Below, piece by piece: positions 61,042-64,000 of a DNA stretch of 64,000 nucleotides (positions are counted from its first letter, which is position 1; each line of letters starts with the position of its first letter). The notes beneath the pieces were generated by a model. It was given only the letters and a program-made list of their open reading frames with translations. It had not been told where the DNA came from and did not search any database. The stretch comes from a virus. A program made the position numbers and the translations under genes. Where the stretch lies: positions 42,166-106,165 of IMG/VR virus record IMGVR_UViG_3300028042_000003; one strand, given 5' to 3'.

Positions 61042-61044
61042 AAT

Positions 61045-61524
61045 ATGAAATTTGGAAAAAAAGAAGAAGTAATTATTACAGATACGGTAACACTAGGTGG
61101 ACTAGAATTTGTCAAGGTAGGTTCTTATAAAAAGAAAACATCAAGAAATAAAGGGTCTGGTAAATCAGAACGTATTTGTTTGGAACTCGATATTGGACAA
61201 GCAAACCTTGTTCAGAAAAAAGGAGTTTATACTTTTATCGAAACTTCAAAGGCTACTATTAGATATATTGGAAAATCTCTATCAGAAAGGGGTGTCAAAA
61301 GTAGATTAGACGCCCATCACAAATCCACAAACAACAAAGCAAACACAACGAAAAAATACACAGATTTCAGAAAATATCTTCATAATTGTGATGTGTATGT
61401 ACATATTCCAAAAAATACTTCGTATAAAGGCTTAGCTATTAATCCTTCATCTTCGATTGAAGAAGCTCTAATTGAAAAGTATAAACCTACAGCAAATACT
61501 ATAGAGTCTCTAAAAAACAAATAA
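61045..61524 (+). CDS. GIY-YIG nuclease
   Basis: GVYTF...RYIGKS...SRLDAH...IEEALIEKYKP. Confidence 0.75.
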   Translation: MKFGKKEEVIITDTVTLGGLEFVKVGSYKKKTSRNKGSGKSERICLELDIGQANLVQKKGVYTFIETSKATIRYIGKSLSERGVKSRLDAHHKSTNNKANTTKKYTDFRKYLHNCDVYVHIPKNTSYKGLAINPSSSIEEALIEKYKPTANTIESLKNK

Positions 61525-61532
61525 GGACAAAC

Positions 61533-61928
61533 ATGACGGACATGCATTACTCTAAAGACCGAGACTCGAGGGTCAAAGAAACCGGTGAGGTATTCACACC
61601 TCCTGAACTTGTCAACAAGATGCTAAATGAACTAGATTATGATTGGGAAAATAAACCCCAAAGAACGTTTCTTGACCCTACTTGTGGCTCGGGAAACTTT
61701 CTTGTTGAAATAGCCAAGCGAGGTATCCACCCAGAAAATATTTATGGCGTTGACCTAATGCAAGATAATATTGACACTACCAAATCACGTCTCTTGGACA
61801 TTCATCTTGCGAACGGGGTGTCGATAGAAGACATAGAGTTCCATCAAGAAAGAAACCTGGTACAAGGTGACGCATTGACGTATGATTACAGTTTTTGGGA
61901 AACACCAGAACTAGAAGAAATTTGGTAG
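61533..61928 (+). CDS. Short SAM-binding DNA-methyltransferase-like protein lacking the catalytic NPPY motif
   Basis: GEVFTP, FLDPTCGSGNFL, IYGVDL, VQGDAL, then ends ~15 aa later. Confidence 0.7.
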   Translation: MTDMHYSKDRDSRVKETGEVFTPPELVNKMLNELDYDWENKPQRTFLDPTCGSGNFLVEIAKRGIHPENIYGVDLMQDNIDTTKSRLLDIHLANGVSIEDIEFHQERNLVQGDALTYDYSFWETPELEEIW

Positions 61929-61982
61929 GCCTTAGGTGACTTTAAGAATATAATGTTATAATAACAAAACAAAAGGAATAAA

Positions 61983-62612
61983 ATGAAAACAATAATTGAT
62001 AAAAGCTTCAGCTTCTGTTATGGCCACAGAGTTCATAACCAAAGATTAGATACAAATTTTACAGAATCAGGTGATGCTTGTTTAGCTTGTAGACATCTAC
62101 ATGGACATGAGGGACTAATCAAAGTATTTCTTGAAGAAGAACCAGGTTCAACAAACCTCAAAGACACCGGAATGGTAACGGATTTCAAACACCTCGGGTG
62201 GTTCAAAAACTTCCTTGATGATACCCTAGACCATAAAATGATTCTGGATATCAAAGACCCACTTGTATCAGAAGAATTAGGTTGGTTGCTAAATCATGAA
62301 GCGCACCTTGATTTTAGTCTCCTACACAAAATGCCAGAGGGTTTTTGGGTTCCAGATATGACACAAATAACACAAGGGATAAAAACTTTACAAGATGGAT
62401 ATGGTGGCCCGTCAGTAGATTCTCCGAAAAGCAAAGCAATTCTTGAGAAATACGAAGGTATTATTTTAGTTGATTTTGTCCCTACATCAGAAAACTTATC
62501 AGCTTGGTTACTTAGCGTAGCACAAGAAAAAATGAAAGATCTCCCTGGAGTAAAGGTACAAGCAGTAGAATATTGGGAAACACCAAAAAGTCACTGTAGA
62601 GTAGAGGCGTAA
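61983..62612 (+). CDS. queD: 6-carboxytetrahydropterin synthase QueD
   Basis: FCYGHRV...CRHLHGH, GMVTDFKHL, LDH, PTSENL, WETPKS. Confidence 0.9.
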   Translation: MKTIIDKSFSFCYGHRVHNQRLDTNFTESGDACLACRHLHGHEGLIKVFLEEEPGSTNLKDTGMVTDFKHLGWFKNFLDDTLDHKMILDIKDPLVSEELGWLLNHEAHLDFSLLHKMPEGFWVPDMTQITQGIKTLQDGYGGPSVDSPKSKAILEKYEGIILVDFVPTSENLSAWLLSVAQEKMKDLPGVKVQAVEYWETPKSHCRVEA

Positions 62613-62613
62613 T

Positions 62614-63072
62614 ATGGATACAGATATGCAACACGTCACCTGGCAAGAATACAACGATGATATTTATAACCTCAAACAACAAATAGAAACTCAAGATAAA
62701 CCTCACCTGGTGACTCTTTACAGAGGTGGTCTTCCAATGGGTACACACCTGAGCAATATACTTGATATTCCATTGAGTATCATTGACTTTCAAAGTTATC
62801 ATGGTGAGGTAACTGAAGCTAAGATTATAAAAAATGCAGGTATTTCTGCTGAGAATACATTAGTGCTAGTAGATGATATATTTGATAAAGGGCTAACGAT
62901 AGCTAAATCAGTTCATTTATTACGAGAACTTTACCCAAATAATAAACTCAAGATTTATACATTATATAATAATAACCATATGAGTCATTTACACGATAAT
63001 TATGCTTTTGAAGTGATATCGTTGAACCGAAGCAATGGTTTGTGGATATCGTTTCCTTGGGAAAGCGTATGA
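62614..63072 (+). CDS. Type I phosphoribosyltransferase (Gpt/XPRT-like)
   Basis: LYRGGLPMG, VLVDDIFDKGLTI PRPP-binding loop, WISFPWE. Confidence 0.85.
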   Translation: MDTDMQHVTWQEYNDDIYNLKQQIETQDKPHLVTLYRGGLPMGTHLSNILDIPLSIIDFQSYHGEVTEAKIIKNAGISAENTLVLVDDIFDKGLTIAKSVHLLRELYPNNKLKIYTLYNNNHMSHLHDNYAFEVISLNRSNGLWISFPWESV

Positions 63073-63407
63073 GAAGAGAAGATGCCATGGCTGAGGACGT
63101 GAAAAACCGTCCTTTGGAACCTGCAGAAACTGTACAAGAAGGACATAACAAGATGCTTGTTATTGCCATTGATATTGATGGATGCGCACTAGAACATCCA
63201 GAAAGGGTCAATCGGTTATTCTATAAGAAAAACACAAGTATTATTCTACACACAGCAAGACCTGAGATTATGCGTAACGTAACAATCAAAGAACTCCAAG
63301 AATTAGGTATTCAATACGATACTCTAAAGATGGATAAACTCAAAGCATCTTATTACATTGATGATAAAAATGCCAACTTTGATTTAGAATTTATGGACCT
63401 AATTTAA
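63069..63407 (+). CDS. HAD-superfamily phosphatase-like protein
   Basis: IAIDIDG, LHTARP, YYIDDK; probable start at ATG 63069 overlapping the PRTase stop. Confidence 0.65.
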   Translation: MRREDAMAEDVKNRPLEPAETVQEGHNKMLVIAIDIDGCALEHPERVNRLFYKKNTSIILHTARPEIMRNVTIKELQELGIQYDTLKMDKLKASYYIDDKNANFDLEFMDLI

Positions 63408-63438
63408 CCTTCGTGTAAGGTTGATTATGTTATAATAG

Positions 63439-63974
63439 TAAAAGGATAAAATATGAAAAAAACAACATTAGCACTAGTATTGCTAGCATCAATTACACTA
63501 CAAGCTCAAACAGTTTATACCTGCGTGGTTGGACATAGTTATAGGTTCGAGGGAGAAGAACTCGTATATAATTTTCCACCAAACTCCGAGGATGTAAAAT
63601 TCCAAGTTCAACTAACCATCGAATTGCCCCACGTGCGTGCTATTAGATATCGCATTTCCAACCAAACGATTTCATATGAGGTCAATACTGAGGTACCAGA
63701 AAATAACCCTTATGAGGAACCCAATATTATTATGGGCGTGAACGAACCTATGACAAACCACGTAGAAGTGATTAAGTTGAATACCATCACTGGGTTTATG
63801 TCTATCAATAATTTGTGGACAAAAAAAACATTACTTGGGGATAGAATCGACATAACCAAAGACGAATACCAATGTGAGAAACACTAAAAGGATAAAATAT
63901 GAAAAAAACAACATTAGCACTAGTATTGCTAGCATCAATTACACTACAAGCTCAAACAGTTTATACCTGCGTGG
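63439..63974 (+). repeat. 90-bp exact direct repeat (63439-63528 and 63885-63974) covering the RBS and signal peptide
   Basis: TAAAAGGATAAAATATGAAAAAAACAACATTAGC...ACCTGCGTGG identical in both copies, offset 446 bp. Confidence 0.9.
63453..63887 (+). CDS. Secreted protein with Sec signal peptide
   Basis: MKKTTLALVLLASITLQA signal; Cys near both ends of the mature chain; long-class promoter upstream. Confidence 0.7.
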   Translation: MKKTTLALVLLASITLQAQTVYTCVVGHSYRFEGEELVYNFPPNSEDVKFQVQLTIELPHVRAIRYRISNQTISYEVNTEVPENNPYEEPNIIMGVNEPMTNHVEVIKLNTITGFMSINNLWTKKTLLGDRIDITKDEYQCEKH

Positions 63975-64000
63975 AGATTGGTGCGGGAGATCTTGTCAAT
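63899..64000 (+). CDS. Partial secreted protein sharing the same leader; runs off the window edge
   Basis: MKKTTLALVLLASITLQAQTVYTCVEIGAGDLVN... Confidence 0.65.
   Translation, partial: MKKTTLALVLLASITLQAQTVYTCVEIGAGDLVN

Noticed and set aside
1364-63211. Numerous short antisense or alternative-frame ORFs in the track (e.g. 1765-2181, 4358-4702, 10537-10932, 15343-15696, 25032-25337, 47297-47641)
   Set aside because: They overlap well-supported genes on the other strand or frame, lack RBS/promoters and have no recognisable motifs.
1-64000. Stop-codon reassignment, tRNA or rRNA genes
   Set aside because: Core genes are full length under the standard code with TAA, TAG and TGA all used as stops. 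Intergenic gaps are short and I saw no cloverleaf or rRNA-like sequence; no tRNA scan was run.

Overview
This window is a 64-kb segment of a large T4-like myophage genome. The host is probably Campylobacterota; this is inferred from the AAGGA ribosome-binding sites, TTTAAG/TGnTATAAT promoters and a Campylobacter-phage-like gene set. It carries a baseplate/tail module (1-18.4 kb), late-transcription and replication genes (gp55, EndoVII, gp33, gp59-like, clamp loader, helicase, ThyX, family B DNA polymerase), an outer-membrane beta-barrel gene, and a minus-strand late block of tail-collar, lysis and two capsid-fold genes (34-42.4 kb). It also has a MoxR AAA+/VWA pair and a 7-deazaguanine DNA-modification cluster (QueE, TGT/DpdA-like, FolE, QueD, PRTase) with two interleaved nucleases. 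The most striking unexplained feature is a set of 49 mostly small, mostly unrelated ORFs in four arrays plus three singletons, all ending in the same C-terminal tag (mostly [Y/H/F]-P-E-x-x-L-stop). The tag is kept at the protein level even where the codons change and the next gene is not coupled. Other signals are a second shared C-terminal motif (acidic-Trp) on the polymerase, gp33, the TGT-like enzyme and a truncated MTase; strong TTAA avoidance; two fixed-geometry promoter classes; a conserved structured 5'-UTR element; a Cys-rich insert in gp5; a split o-spanin-like gene; and two secreted-protein genes with an identical 90-bp leader. All protein assignments come from motif recognition by eye; no database search was run.
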